This document shows positions 26,701-34,675 of a DNA stretch of 56,562 nucleotides, in pieces. The notes under the pieces are model-generated. The model made no database searches. It was not told the origin of the DNA and worked only from the letters and a program-made list of their open reading frames with translations. Both the position numbers and the translations under genes were made by a program. The stretch lies in the IMG/VR virus record IMGVR_UViG_3300028802_000016, positions 1 through 56,562 of that record, one strand, 5' to 3'. This stretch comes from a virus. Taxonomy: Duplodnaviria > Caudoviricetes. Position 1 is the first letter of the stretch, and the number at the start of each line of letters is the position of its first letter.

Positions 26701-28997
26701 GGGCCATCGATGACCAGCTCGACCACTACCAGCGCCGGGCCGAGGGCCACGGCCAGGTCGTCAACTTCGGTCTCCAGAGCAACGCGCTGAAGGAGTTCCC
26801 CGCCGCCCTCAAGGCGCAGCTCAACGGGACCCGCGAGCAGCACCTCGGACGCGCCGAGCGCAACGCCTCCGACGTGGCGAACTACGGCACGAAGATCGTG
26901 CTGCCCGAGTACCGCGTGGACGTCTACAGCGGCCTGTCCATCGCCGCCTTCCGGAAGATGTCGACGCACACCCAGGACAAGGTCCACGCCGACCTCGACA
27001 CGATCGGAAACGACAGCGGGAACCCGCTTGGCCTGCGATACCGCGCGCTGCGCGCCAAGGACATCGACCTGGGCGACGCCCCCGGGCTCAACGCCAACCA
27101 GATCGCCGCCATCGCCAGCGTCAACCCGACCAACCCCACCAGCGACAGCAACGCCCACGCCGCCCTCGCCCTCCTCGACAAGGCCGACTACGACAAGCTG
27201 AACACGACCTACCGTGAGGCCGTCGACCAGCGGGTCCAGGGCCTGTCCGACCCGATGCAGCAGCAAGCGCTGACGGTCAAGTTCCACCCCAACACCCCGG
27301 CCGCGTCCACCCCCGCCGGGATCAACCCGACCAAGCCCGCGACCGTGCAACCGCACGTGCAGGACGCCCTGGACACCATCTACGGCGTCCACCCGAAGTC
27401 GCACACCATGGCGCACCAGCTCAAGACGTACGGCTCGCTGCGCGGCTCCGACTTCGGCCAGCTCAACCCGCAGGAACAGTCGCACCTGCTGTCCGACCTG
27501 TCGTTCATCGAGACCACCGCGAAGGGCCCGTCGGCCGCCAAGGCGAAGCTGCTCATCGACCGGTTCACCCCGGCCGGTACCCCGCCCGGCCAGATCCCGC
27601 CGCAGCCGATCATCCCCCCGGCCAACGCCATCCCCGGCCAGGTCCGCTACGCCACCCCGCTCAAGGGGCTGGAGATGTCGAAGAACCCCGGCGTCTCCGG
27701 CGACCAGTGGATCACCACCTCGTCCGGCCGCCGCGTCTGGGGCAAGTACGGCGCGTCCGGCATGCTGATCAGGCACGTCGACCCGAACACCGGCGAAGAG
27801 CGCTACCTGATGGTGCAGCGCGGTCCCGCCATCTCCGACCCCGGCATGTGGACGTTCCCCGGCGGCGCCAGCGAGTCGAAGGAGACCCCGCACGAAGGCG
27901 CCACCCGCGAGACGATCGAGGAGCTGGGCCTCAAGGACGACCAGTTCAAGGACGCCCAGGTCCACGGCGACTTCACCTACTCGATCCCGAACAGCACGTG
28001 GAAGTACACGTCGGTTGCCGTCCAGGTGCCCAGCCAGTTCCAGCCGAACCTGTCGACCGCCCACGCCCGCGCCGAGACGTCCGACGCGAAGTGGATGACG
28101 ATCGACGAGATCCGCGCGCTCGACCGGTCCGGCAAGCTGCACGGCCCGATCGCCAACGGCCTGCTGGAGAAGAACGTCATCAGCCTGTACCCGGCCGCCG
28201 GGGCACCGGCCGGTACGACCCTGGGCCAGGCTGTCCGGCCCGGCCCGGTCACTAAGCGGCAGGGCCGCCTCGGCTTGCCGCACGGTGGCCGTCAGGCGCC
28301 CGCCTCGTTCAACGCCTGGCCGCACGCGCACAAGCCGTCCACGGGCAAGAACCTCGTCGGCGACATGGCGTCCATCAACAAGCTGCGGCAGGACGTCAAG
28401 CAGGCCCGCACCGCCTACGACGGCAAGACCGGCGACGGCCGCCTGGCCGCCATCGGTGCGATGCAGGGCTACGACGACACCCCGACGGTCGCCAGCCGCG
28501 CCGAGGTCGACCGGCTCCTGGCGACCGGCGACTACATCGAGGCGTGGCGCGGCGTCAACCGGGGCAGCGGCAAGAGCGCGGCCCAGATCAACGAGGACTT
28601 CCGCTCGGGCCCGGCCTGGTACGGGCGGGGGATCTTCGGCAACGGCTACTACCTGGCCACCCAGAAGACCGTCGCCCAGAAGTACTCGGACCACTCGAAG
28701 AACAGCCTCGTCCGGATCTTGATCCCGAAGAGTGCCGTGACCGAGCACTACAGGAAGGTCCAGGGGGAGGCCCGCGCCAACTCGTCCAGCCAGTCGAAGG
28801 CGAAGGGCAAGTACGAGGACGGCACGTTGTACGACGCTGGCCGTTGGGCTGCCGCGAAGGGTGTCGACGGCATCCAGATCAACCACGACACCACGAACGA
28901 CCGGGGCGGCTGGGCGCGGCACGTCGCGGCGCCCGGGAAGCCCGCCTTCAATTGGCTCAACCGCTCCGTGCTGATCGTCCAGGAGGCCGACAAGTGA
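23748..28997 (+). CDS. Giant (about 1,750 aa) head-module protein: helical repeats, NUDIX hydrolase and C-terminal ART-like domain
   Basis: Nudix box GGASESKETPHEGATRETIEELGL; C-terminal WRG...YGRGIFGNGYYLA...AQKY...GVDGI; about 9 LxxxxFxxLxxxxQxxI repeats; start at 23748 (leaderless) or 23736. Confidence 0.8.
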   Translation: MTTTLGSLFKGGGVYVAPVAPVDPATYAIVTGQPAPDLADAIATVALLASAHAPSLGSLSHIVASVQGWANQDDDAHDTCDWDSLVACRNPLHPGPCKGWKGTLHSVAPGTYYQVEAARVAKANTRRVQKIADLKAQGKPIPRRLLDEIKPKAAPGHPAHGAQPVPLGQVNQKADLAGGQAHAAGQAVSKAAGVQVNTPGPLPLGPKGKKPTIAGRGPAFVITQPKVTDTYKLGKADKLTPQEWNDLSDADKKTIRDELEAIKQRGFGPQQKKADELLARLPEKGLAPGTPNTVTTPKGNVHQAINPAPGKVSLGTATKTAGTAPSAPRAAPSAPAAPSAPKPTATAPTPGTAVTTMTPVGVAGKIRKDGHADIILGGKKVRTGFASSSHPGKLTMAPGGHYVVTEADGTKHTLAKGQHVQVATDSGAPATPQVAPAPTPATPRALSPDAQNARAVAGRGLGRPTSKAHLDAYGKLSKADFDSLDATTQKTIRDDLANAKAKFLDPAKKQAAQDVLDRLGAKHPATAPTHPSGAKGYSDPQNEAVKATSSGLISTDDVLKTVGRLSPNAVKGLSDDDRKRLLGRLAFVATHPKATPDQKAKAAAYGRIINSGSPDAKTLTLDHEPSLGELHAHEEKAAAVKGQASAAKVTTALDAADAKIPGAGPGARIKALNGLDKAQFDSLKPDQQRKITDALQELHHANAGYGKTRTDDDQVAEDALARYTGQHPAVHRAVQAEADFRAGRITPDELHSEILHARVQLPVGQSAARAKLQQEEQRIAEDNATLPTWLRASLIENKYSSVRGNPYDVIAQLSMKHMWGPAPRMSSGDFRFIFNSADANLANTHPIHVEAIKDFRENIVSTGLDSASPWSTATKGQLVDSLLSSGYAPSPVVTDDRMKMFHDLTPATQMKVRTALADRILAQTHPRAKAATDITLRQLQGHPYQGHQLDAALAAADASLRSTNYDTYRKLAPSEYQGLSPIIQGAIDDQLDHYQRRAEGHGQVVNFGLQSNALKEFPAALKAQLNGTREQHLGRAERNASDVANYGTKIVLPEYRVDVYSGLSIAAFRKMSTHTQDKVHADLDTIGNDSGNPLGLRYRALRAKDIDLGDAPGLNANQIAAIASVNPTNPTSDSNAHAALALLDKADYDKLNTTYREAVDQRVQGLSDPMQQQALTVKFHPNTPAASTPAGINPTKPATVQPHVQDALDTIYGVHPKSHTMAHQLKTYGSLRGSDFGQLNPQEQSHLLSDLSFIETTAKGPSAAKAKLLIDRFTPAGTPPGQIPPQPIIPPANAIPGQVRYATPLKGLEMSKNPGVSGDQWITTSSGRRVWGKYGASGMLIRHVDPNTGEERYLMVQRGPAISDPGMWTFPGGASESKETPHEGATRETIEELGLKDDQFKDAQVHGDFTYSIPNSTWKYTSVAVQVPSQFQPNLSTAHARAETSDAKWMTIDEIRALDRSGKLHGPIANGLLEKNVISLYPAAGAPAGTTLGQAVRPGPVTKRQGRLGLPHGGRQAPASFNAWPHAHKPSTGKNLVGDMASINKLRQDVKQARTAYDGKTGDGRLAAIGAMQGYDDTPTVASRAEVDRLLATGDYIEAWRGVNRGSGKSAAQINEDFRSGPAWYGRGIFGNGYYLATQKTVAQKYSDHSKNSLVRILIPKSAVTEHYRKVQGEARANSSSQSKAKGKYEDGTLYDAGRWAAAKGVDGIQINHDTTNDRGGWARHVAAPGKPAFNWLNRSVLIVQEADK

Positions 28998-29227
28998 CCG
29001 ACGCCGTGAGTCCCGGCAGGGATGCGCTCTACCGTCGTGTCGTGGGCGTGATCAGTGAGCACGACGCGACCCCGGATCAGCGGGACACGATCATCCTGGG
29101 GACCGGTCAGGCCGGGTCATGGGATGAGGTGCCGAAGGATGTGCAAGACCTCATCGTCAAGATCGAAAACACGCCTCCACAGGTCTGGAACGACCCCGCC
29201 GACCTGCCCCACCAGAAGAACCTGTAG
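28994..29227 (+). CDS. Small acidic protein coupled to the giant gene
   Basis: GTGA overlap, AGGAGG RBS. Confidence 0.65.
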   Translation: MTDAVSPGRDALYRRVVGVISEHDATPDQRDTIILGTGQAGSWDEVPKDVQDLIVKIENTPPQVWNDPADLPHQKNL

Positions 29228-29286
29228 AACATCTGTCCTGGTAGAAGGGCTGCTGTAGCATGCGAGACGACATCAAGGAGGAGACC

Positions 29287-29499
29287 ATGATCCGTTTGCG
29301 TACGCTCCTGGGCCTCGCCGCCTGTCTCGCTGCGCTGCTGTTCGTAGCGGGCAGCGGCTGCAACCCCCAGGCGGGCGACCACTGCGACGGCCCCGGGTAC
29401 ACCACCCGCGTCGAGCACGGCAAGCGCACCAGCCTGTCCTGCGAGCCGTCCGGCATCGACAGCGACGGCCACCAGGAATACCGCTGGGTGAAGGCATGA
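29287..29499 (+). CDS. Small lipoprotein or secreted protein
   Basis: Hydrophobic signal ending GSGC, AAGGAGGAG RBS, own promoter at 29254. Confidence 0.7.
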   Translation: MIRLRTLLGLAACLAALLFVAGSGCNPQAGDHCDGPGYTTRVEHGKRTSLSCEPSGIDSDGHQEYRWVKA

Positions 29500-29612
29500 G
29501 AAAGATTGCAGCGGTCATCGGGCCCGTATGCGACATGGCGTACGGGATCCTGATGATCGTCGTAGGCGCTGGCCTGATCGTCGGCGGCACCACCGGCGTG
29601 CTCTGGCTGTAG
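29496..29612 (+). CDS. Tiny membrane protein (38 aa)
   Basis: ATGA overlap; single TM helix. Confidence 0.45.
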   Translation: MRKIAAVIGPVCDMAYGILMIVVGAGLIVGGTTGVLWL

Positions 29613-29642
29613 CCTGAGCAGCAAATCGAGAAGGGGTAGCGC

Positions 29643-31484
29643 ATGGGGACCGCCTGGAAGATGCCCATCGCCGTCATCGGCAAGCCGACCGGCGACGGCC
29701 GCCAGTTCGACGCTGGCGCCCTCGGGCACCGCGACCTGCCGCTGCCTCTGCGGTACGTGGCCAGCGACTCCGGCGGCCACTCCAACGCCGTCATCGTCGG
29801 CCACATCTCCAAGATCGGAAACGAGAAGAGCGGCGTACTGCCCGCCGAAGGCGAGTTCTACGACGACTCCTCCTGGCCCGAGGACGTGCGCAGCGCTGCC
29901 CTGGCCGCCCGGAAGTTCACGGCCAACAAGGTCATCGGCCCCTCCGTCGACCTCGACCAGCAGGAAGTCGAGATCGTTCCCGAACCCAAGGCGTACTCCG
30001 CCTGGAAGAAGGAGCAGGCCGGGAAGATCAAGGCCGCGAAGATGGCGCACTCCAAGCTGTCCGGATCGGACTGCGGCTGCGGCGCCGACCCGGTCATGGC
30101 CGAGGAGCCGTACGACGGGCCCCGGCTGCGGATGATCCGGTCCGGCCGCCTCGCCTCGGCGACCCTCGTGCACATCCCCGCGTTCGCCGAGCTGGCCGGG
30201 CACGCGAAGCTGACGCTCGACTCCTCCGACCCGAACGTGGACGGCACGACCGCCAGCGCCAAGATCGAAAACGACGCCGAGATGAGCGACGACCAGGACA
30301 CCGGCATCTGGCTCACCGATGACGACTTCCTGGAGTTCGCCAAACGGCGCCTGCCCAGCAAGAACAAAGACGGCGAGACCGAGCCGTCCGGCCAGGCCGA
30401 GCACGGCGGCCTGTTCGCCGACCGGTCGAAGATCGACGACGCGGACTTCGTCGACCCCGAGGGCCGACGCTTCCCCATCACCGACTGCTCCTCCGTCGGT
30501 GACGCCGTCTCCTCCTACGGCCGGGCCAACCCGAAGATCCCGTACGAGAAGTTCAAGGCCCGCGTCATGGCGATCGCCAAGCGTAAGGGCTGCGAGAGCA
30601 GCCTCCCCGACAACTGGAAGGCCGGAGCGAAGATGGCCGCACTCATGGCCGCCGGGGCACCGGCTGCCCCTCTCGGGGAATGGTTCGACGACCCGAATCT
30701 GCCCGGCCCGACGCCGCTGCACATCGGCGACGACGGCCGCGTGTACGGGCACGTCGCGGTCTGGGACACCTGCCACGTCGGCATCGGCAACTCGTGCGTG
30801 AAGCCGCCCAAGACGCAGACCAACTACGCGTACTTCCACACCGGTGAGGTTGTGGTCGATGACGGCTCCCGCATCCCCGTAGGGCGTCTGACGTACGGCG
30901 GCGGCCACGCCCAGCCGAGTCTCGGCTACCGGGCGGCGGCGGAGCACTACGACCAGACCTCCAACACCGGCGCCCTCGTGCGCGCGGGCGAAGACGCCCA
31001 CGGCATCTGGGTCGCCGGTGCCCTCACCCCCGAAGCCGACGAGGCAGCCGTACGGCAGATGCGCGCGGCGCCGCTGTCCGGCGACTGGCGGCGGATCGGC
31101 GGCAACCTGGAGATGGTCGCCGCCCTGCACGTCAACACCGCAGGATTCCCAATCCCCCGCGCCATGGCCGCCTCCATCCACGGCGGCGTCCTGGACGCCG
31201 CCGAGACCGAGATGGACATGCTTTCCCTCGTCTCCGCCGGTGCGCTCCCCCGCGTCATCGACGAGGGCGAGCAGGACACCGCCACGGCGGCGGGATCGCT
31301 CGACACCGAGGAGCTGGGCCGGGCCATCGCCCGGGGCATGCTCGCCGAGCAGCAGGCCGCAGCCGACCGGACGGCGCGGACCAGCGAATGGAACGAGCTG
31401 GTCGCGGCGGCCATGTCCGAGGGCCGCGAGGCCGATTACGATGAGGCCATGGGTGACCTGTTGGTCGCCCTGGTGGAGGAGTAG
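29643..31484 (+). CDS. Capsid maturation protease (multidomain)
   Basis: GKPTGDGRQF...LPLPL...GPSVDLD...ATLVHIPAFAE; C-terminal GRVYGHVA.W.TCH...LSGDWR; synteny. Confidence 0.8.
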   Translation: MGTAWKMPIAVIGKPTGDGRQFDAGALGHRDLPLPLRYVASDSGGHSNAVIVGHISKIGNEKSGVLPAEGEFYDDSSWPEDVRSAALAARKFTANKVIGPSVDLDQQEVEIVPEPKAYSAWKKEQAGKIKAAKMAHSKLSGSDCGCGADPVMAEEPYDGPRLRMIRSGRLASATLVHIPAFAELAGHAKLTLDSSDPNVDGTTASAKIENDAEMSDDQDTGIWLTDDDFLEFAKRRLPSKNKDGETEPSGQAEHGGLFADRSKIDDADFVDPEGRRFPITDCSSVGDAVSSYGRANPKIPYEKFKARVMAIAKRKGCESSLPDNWKAGAKMAALMAAGAPAAPLGEWFDDPNLPGPTPLHIGDDGRVYGHVAVWDTCHVGIGNSCVKPPKTQTNYAYFHTGEVVVDDGSRIPVGRLTYGGGHAQPSLGYRAAAEHYDQTSNTGALVRAGEDAHGIWVAGALTPEADEAAVRQMRAAPLSGDWRRIGGNLEMVAALHVNTAGFPIPRAMAASIHGGVLDAAETEMDMLSLVSAGALPRVIDEGEQDTATAAGSLDTEELGRAIARGMLAEQQAAADRTARTSEWNELVAAAMSEGREADYDEAMGDLLVALVEE

Positions 31485-31502
31485 CACGGAGGAGGTTCCC
31501 CG

Positions 31503-31661
31503 ATGGGATGCGGTTGCGGTAACGGCTCGTCCGGCCTTGCGAACTATGAGGTCAAGGACAGCAACGGAGCGGTTGTGAAGACGTTCAGCGCGGTCACTGA
31601 GACCGAAGTGAAGACGTTCGCGGCGAAGGGTTCCGGGTACACCTGGCGCAAGACGAGCTGA
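31503..31661 (+). CDS. Small MGCGC-type head-module protein
   Basis: GGAGGAGG RBS; 52 aa. Confidence 0.65.
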   Translation: MGCGCGNGSSGLANYEVKDSNGAVVKTFSAVTETEVKTFAAKGSGYTWRKTS

Positions 31662-31664
31662 CCC

Positions 31665-31718
31665 CAGACGCGACGAAGGCCCGCCCCAGAGAATGGGTGC
31701 GGGCCTTCGTCGCGTCTG
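31665..31718. terminator. Long hairpin between convergent genes
   Basis: CAGACGCGACGAAGGCCCGC...GCGGGCCTTCGTCGCGTCTG. Confidence 0.8.
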
Positions 31719-31724
31719 AACCGG

Positions 31725-32156
31725 TCAGGGCTTGTCGGTGTACTTCCGGCCGACAATGACCCACTGTCCCTGGTTGTTACGGCGGGGGGTGTCGGCCACA
31801 TACCCGGCCGCCTCGATCTCGTCGACCACCTTCCCGACGTGCGGCAGCTTGAACGGGTCATCCGCCTTGTGGTCGCCGGTCTCCGTCTTCACGTTCACCT
31901 GCATGGTGTGCAGGCACTTCCCCCACCGGCCGACGCCCTTGAAGCCGTTCACCCGGTCGGCGGGAACAGCGGCGGCGCCACCGGTGAACATCTCGACCAG
32001 CTCGGTGGGGGTCAGCTCGATGGTGAGCACCCGGCCGGACGTCTGGTCGGTGATCTCGATGGCGGGCTTGATGGCCCCCCTGTCGGGGCCGGTGCCGTGG
32101 ACGCGTCCGAACGAGAGTCGGACGGAAAGGTCGCCGGGCTTGTACTCGTCGCGCAT
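31725..32156 (-). CDS. Hypothetical protein
   Basis: AAGGAGGAG RBS and TGTATGCT promoter. Confidence 0.75.
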   Translation of the reverse strand: MRDEYKPGDLSVRLSFGRVHGTGPDRGAIKPAIEITDQTSGRVLTIELTPTELVEMFTGGAAAVPADRVNGFKGVGRWGKCLHTMQVNVKTETGDHKADDPFKLPHVGKVVDEIEAAGYVADTPRRNNQGQWVIVGRKYTDKP

Positions 32157-32193
32157 AGCTCCTCCTTGTGATCTGTCTGTCCTGAGCATACAG

Positions 32194-32230
32194 GAGGGCC
32201 CGCCCCCAAGGGAAGCGGGGGCGGGCCCTC
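32194..32230. terminator. Hairpin terminator
   Basis: GAGGGCCCGCCCCC...GGGGGCGGGCCCTC. Confidence 0.65.
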
Positions 32231-32249
32231 AGCGTCTTGCCGGGCTAGG

Positions 32250-32666
32250 TCAGCAGGGGTTGTCCGTGCTGACCGGGATGGCGTTGCCGAGCTGGATGGA
32301 GGACACCCGGCCGCCCCAGTCGGAACCCTGAGCGGTCGCGTACTGGTTGTTGTCCATGCCCCTCCACCAGGGGCTCTTGCGGCAGTTGTTGGAGTCGAAG
32401 ATCCCGATCCAGACGTGCGAGCGGTTGTAGAACGAGTAGCCCCGGTTGGAGATCCCCGAGCCCAGCCGCAGGCCGTTGTTCGTGCCGTCCTGGATCGTGT
32501 CCCGGTGGTACTGGTACCGGCCGCCGGTGGCGTTGACGTTGGTCCAGATGCAGAAGTAGTTGTCCGGGCAGTCCGCCCAGGCGGCCTGGGCCGGGCTGGC
32601 GACGCCGACACCGAGGCCGACGGCCACGGCGAGCGCCATCAGCGCGGTCATGATCTTGCTACGCAT
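32250..32666 (-). CDS. Secreted I36 / crystallin-like protein, copy B
   Basis: Signal peptide ending SPAQA, CPDNYFCIWTN; shares SNRGYSFYN and QYATAQGSDWGGRVSS with copy A. Confidence 0.8.
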   Translation of the reverse strand: MRSKIMTALMALAVAVGLGVGVASPAQAAWADCPDNYFCIWTNVNATGGRYQYHRDTIQDGTNNGLRLGSGISNRGYSFYNRSHVWIGIFDSNNCRKSPWWRGMDNNQYATAQGSDWGGRVSSIQLGNAIPVSTDNPC

Positions 32667-32713
32667 GTTGATCCTCCGATCGGCGGGGCAGGTCCCCGCG
32701 CACCTGATCGCAC

Positions 32714-32923
32714 TTACGTGATCCGGGCGGTCATCAGCCGGGCCGACATCACCGCGTAGCGCCGGGCCAGCCGGAACTGTCCCTGCTTCGCCGAGCGCAC
32801 GGCCGCCACCATCGGGCACCAGCTCCGCGCCGGGGGCTTCGCACCCGACCCGCCGACCTGCGTTGCGGGCCGGGTGCGGGACGGCCGGTCGTTCGATCCG
32901 CCACGGCGGTTACTGGACGACAT
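32714..32923 (-). CDS. Small basic hypothetical protein
   Basis: GAGGAGGAG RBS before MSSSN; an alternative start is 32989. Confidence 0.5.
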   Translation of the reverse strand: MSSSNRRGGSNDRPSRTRPATQVGGSGAKPPARSWCPMVAAVRSAKQGQFRLARRYAVMSARLMTARIT

Positions 32924-33014
32924 TCTCTCCTCCTCGAAATCGCCGGTCCGGTTTCCACTTTTATAGACGTTGTTCACCGGAAACCCCATGTCTGTCAGCT
33001 CTCAGCCTACACCA

Positions 33015-33695
33015 TTACCGCCGGTCCCTCCAGGCGGACTCCTCGCGGGCAGCCCAGACCGCCCCCATCGCCCGGCCCCGATCGGCCATCCACGCGTCCA
33101 CCATCTGGCGGGTGGCGACCGACGACAGGCCGAAGCTACGCACGAACGAGGTCACCCGCTCCCGCGTCCAGGCGCTCGTGTCCGCCGGGATCCTCAGCGC
33201 CCCCTGCTCCCATCGCCGCGCCGTCGGAGCGCACGGTTCCCACTCCGGCAACTCGATCTTCTTGCCCGCCAGCAGGTCGAGGGTGAGCTGGTCAGGTGCG
33301 CCGTCGAAGAACTTGTCCAGCACCTTGCCCGGCAGTGTCTTGTCGTCGGCGACCTCACGGAACAGGGTCATGCAGGCGCGCAGCTTCCGGGTGTCCGTTC
33401 CGCCGAACATCAGCCTGCGCTGCCGCAGGACGCCCATGCTGCACTCGAAGAGGCGCGTCCGCAGGGTCGCATTGTCCAGGTAGGCGACCGCCTCGTCCCG
33501 GTCGGCGATGCCGAACCGGTGGGCCATGTCGCTCTTCGCCAGGCCCCGATGCTGGGGGAAGATGAACCACATCCAGTGCGTGACCTTCTCGCCGCGCTGG
33601 ATCTCTCGCAGGGCCTGCGGGTAGGTCCGGCGCTGCGCGGCATGGAACCGGGCCAGACCGACGATCTGGGGCGTACGGGTGGTGGTCACGGCCAT
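33015..33695 (-). CDS. DUF1810 (Rv1873-like) family protein
   Basis: LARF..AQ..TY.QAL.EI..G.K.THWMWFIFPQ..GL..S.MA..FGI...EA.AYL...D.RKL.ACMTLF. Confidence 0.85.
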   Translation of the reverse strand: MAVTTTRTPQIVGLARFHAAQRRTYPQALREIQRGEKVTHWMWFIFPQHRGLAKSDMAHRFGIADRDEAVAYLDNATLRTRLFECSMGVLRQRRLMFGGTDTRKLRACMTLFREVADDKTLPGKVLDKFFDGAPDQLTLDLLAGKKIELPEWEPCAPTARRWEQGALRIPADTSAWTRERVTSFVRSFGLSSVATRQMVDAWMADRGRAMGAVWAAREESAWRDRR

Positions 33696-33796
33696 GGTGT
33701 CCTCCTCGTGTCTGTCGGCCCTAAGCATACACCCATGCTTGCGGCCGGGCACAAGAGGCGTACCCTGGGGGCAGACAGACATCAAGGAGGCCCACC

Positions 33797-33955
33797 GTGA
33801 CCAGCAAGACCCTCAGCTACCAGACCCGGCGCCACCCGTTCATCACCGGCCTGGCCGCACTGATCCTCGGCCCCTACGTCCTGGCCTTCATCCTGCTCCT
33901 CGGCGCGATCTGCGCGGCAGCCGTACTCATCGACTGGTTCGGCAGCAGGAAGTGA
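33797..33955 (+). CDS. Small membrane protein
   Basis: AAGGAGG RBS, divergent promoter with GACAGAC. Confidence 0.6.
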   Translation: MTSKTLSYQTRRHPFITGLAALILGPYVLAFILLLGAICAAAVLIDWFGSRK

Positions 33956-34185
33956 CCGAGCCGCCGCTGTTCCCCGCCATCGCACCCCCCGCGCTGGAGC
34001 AGATGTGCGACGGCTGCGACACGCCCGTCCAGGCGTCCGACGACGAGCTGAGAGTAAGAGGCTGGCAGGTCTACGACGGGGCGTCGTGGACCGGCCAGCC
34101 TCTTCGCGTCAGGCGTTGCCCTGCGTGCCAGCAGTCCTCTTCAGCGCCACCGTCAGCAGCACCTCGCGACGCCCCTCTGTTCTGA
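33952..34185 (+). CDS. Small zinc-ribbon protein
   Basis: CDGC...GW...CPAC; GTGA overlap. Confidence 0.6.
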   Translation: MTEPPLFPAIAPPALEQMCDGCDTPVQASDDELRVRGWQVYDGASWTGQPLRVRRCPACQQSSSAPPSAAPRDAPLF

Positions 34186-34675
34186 TCGGCTTGACGGCCT
34201 TGCCCTGCGTGTCGAGGCCACGCTGGTGCGTCTCGATCTCCATCCAGCCCTGATCCTCCAGGACGCTGCGGATCTCCTGCGCAGAGACGTTGGCGTACCA
34301 CTCGCCGGGGGCCAGCTCCCAGACGGCGGCGACACCGGAGTGCGGCGGACGCCCAGGCCCGGCGCAGGTGAAGATCAGCCACCCGCCCGGGCGCAGCGCA
34401 TCCCAGGCCGTCGCGATGATCTCGGGCCACTTCTCGGCGTGCTCGAAGGTCTCGGTGGTGACCACGAGGTCGTAGGCGCGCGGCGGCGTCCACCCGGCGC
34501 CGTCAGCCACGAAGTCGACGTTCTCGCCCGGCAGCACATCCAGAACGTGATACGGGTTCGCGTTCGGGAACAGCGGCCGGGTGGACCCGTTGAGGTCCCG
34601 GCCGCCGATGTCGAGGACGGCGAGGTCGTCGGTGGTGCGGAACTGGGCGACCCAGCTAAGCGCCTGCTCGTGCAC
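34109..34675 (-). CDS. Class I SAM-dependent methyltransferase
   Basis: VLDIGGRDLNG...YDLVVTTETFEH...LRPGG. Confidence 0.85.
   Translation of the reverse strand: MHEQALSWVAQFRTTDDLAVLDIGGRDLNGSTRPLFPNANPYHVLDVLPGENVDFVADGAGWTPPRAYDLVVTTETFEHAEKWPEIIATAWDALRPGGWLIFTCAGPGRPPHSGVAAVWELAPGEWYANVSAQEIRSVLEDQGWMEIETHQRGLDTQGKAVKPIRTEGRREVLLTVALKRTAGTQGNA

Noticed and set aside
25623-28922. Very long antisense or alternative-frame ORFs (also 36365-39580, 29157-31487, 10069-12279, 19500-21524 and most of 46847-50398)
   Set aside because: Shadow ORFs from high GC3 bias overlapping well-supported genes.
34109-34675. DNA methyltransferase
   Set aside because: No DPPY/NPPY or PC catalytic motif; it resembles GT-associated small-molecule methyltransferases.
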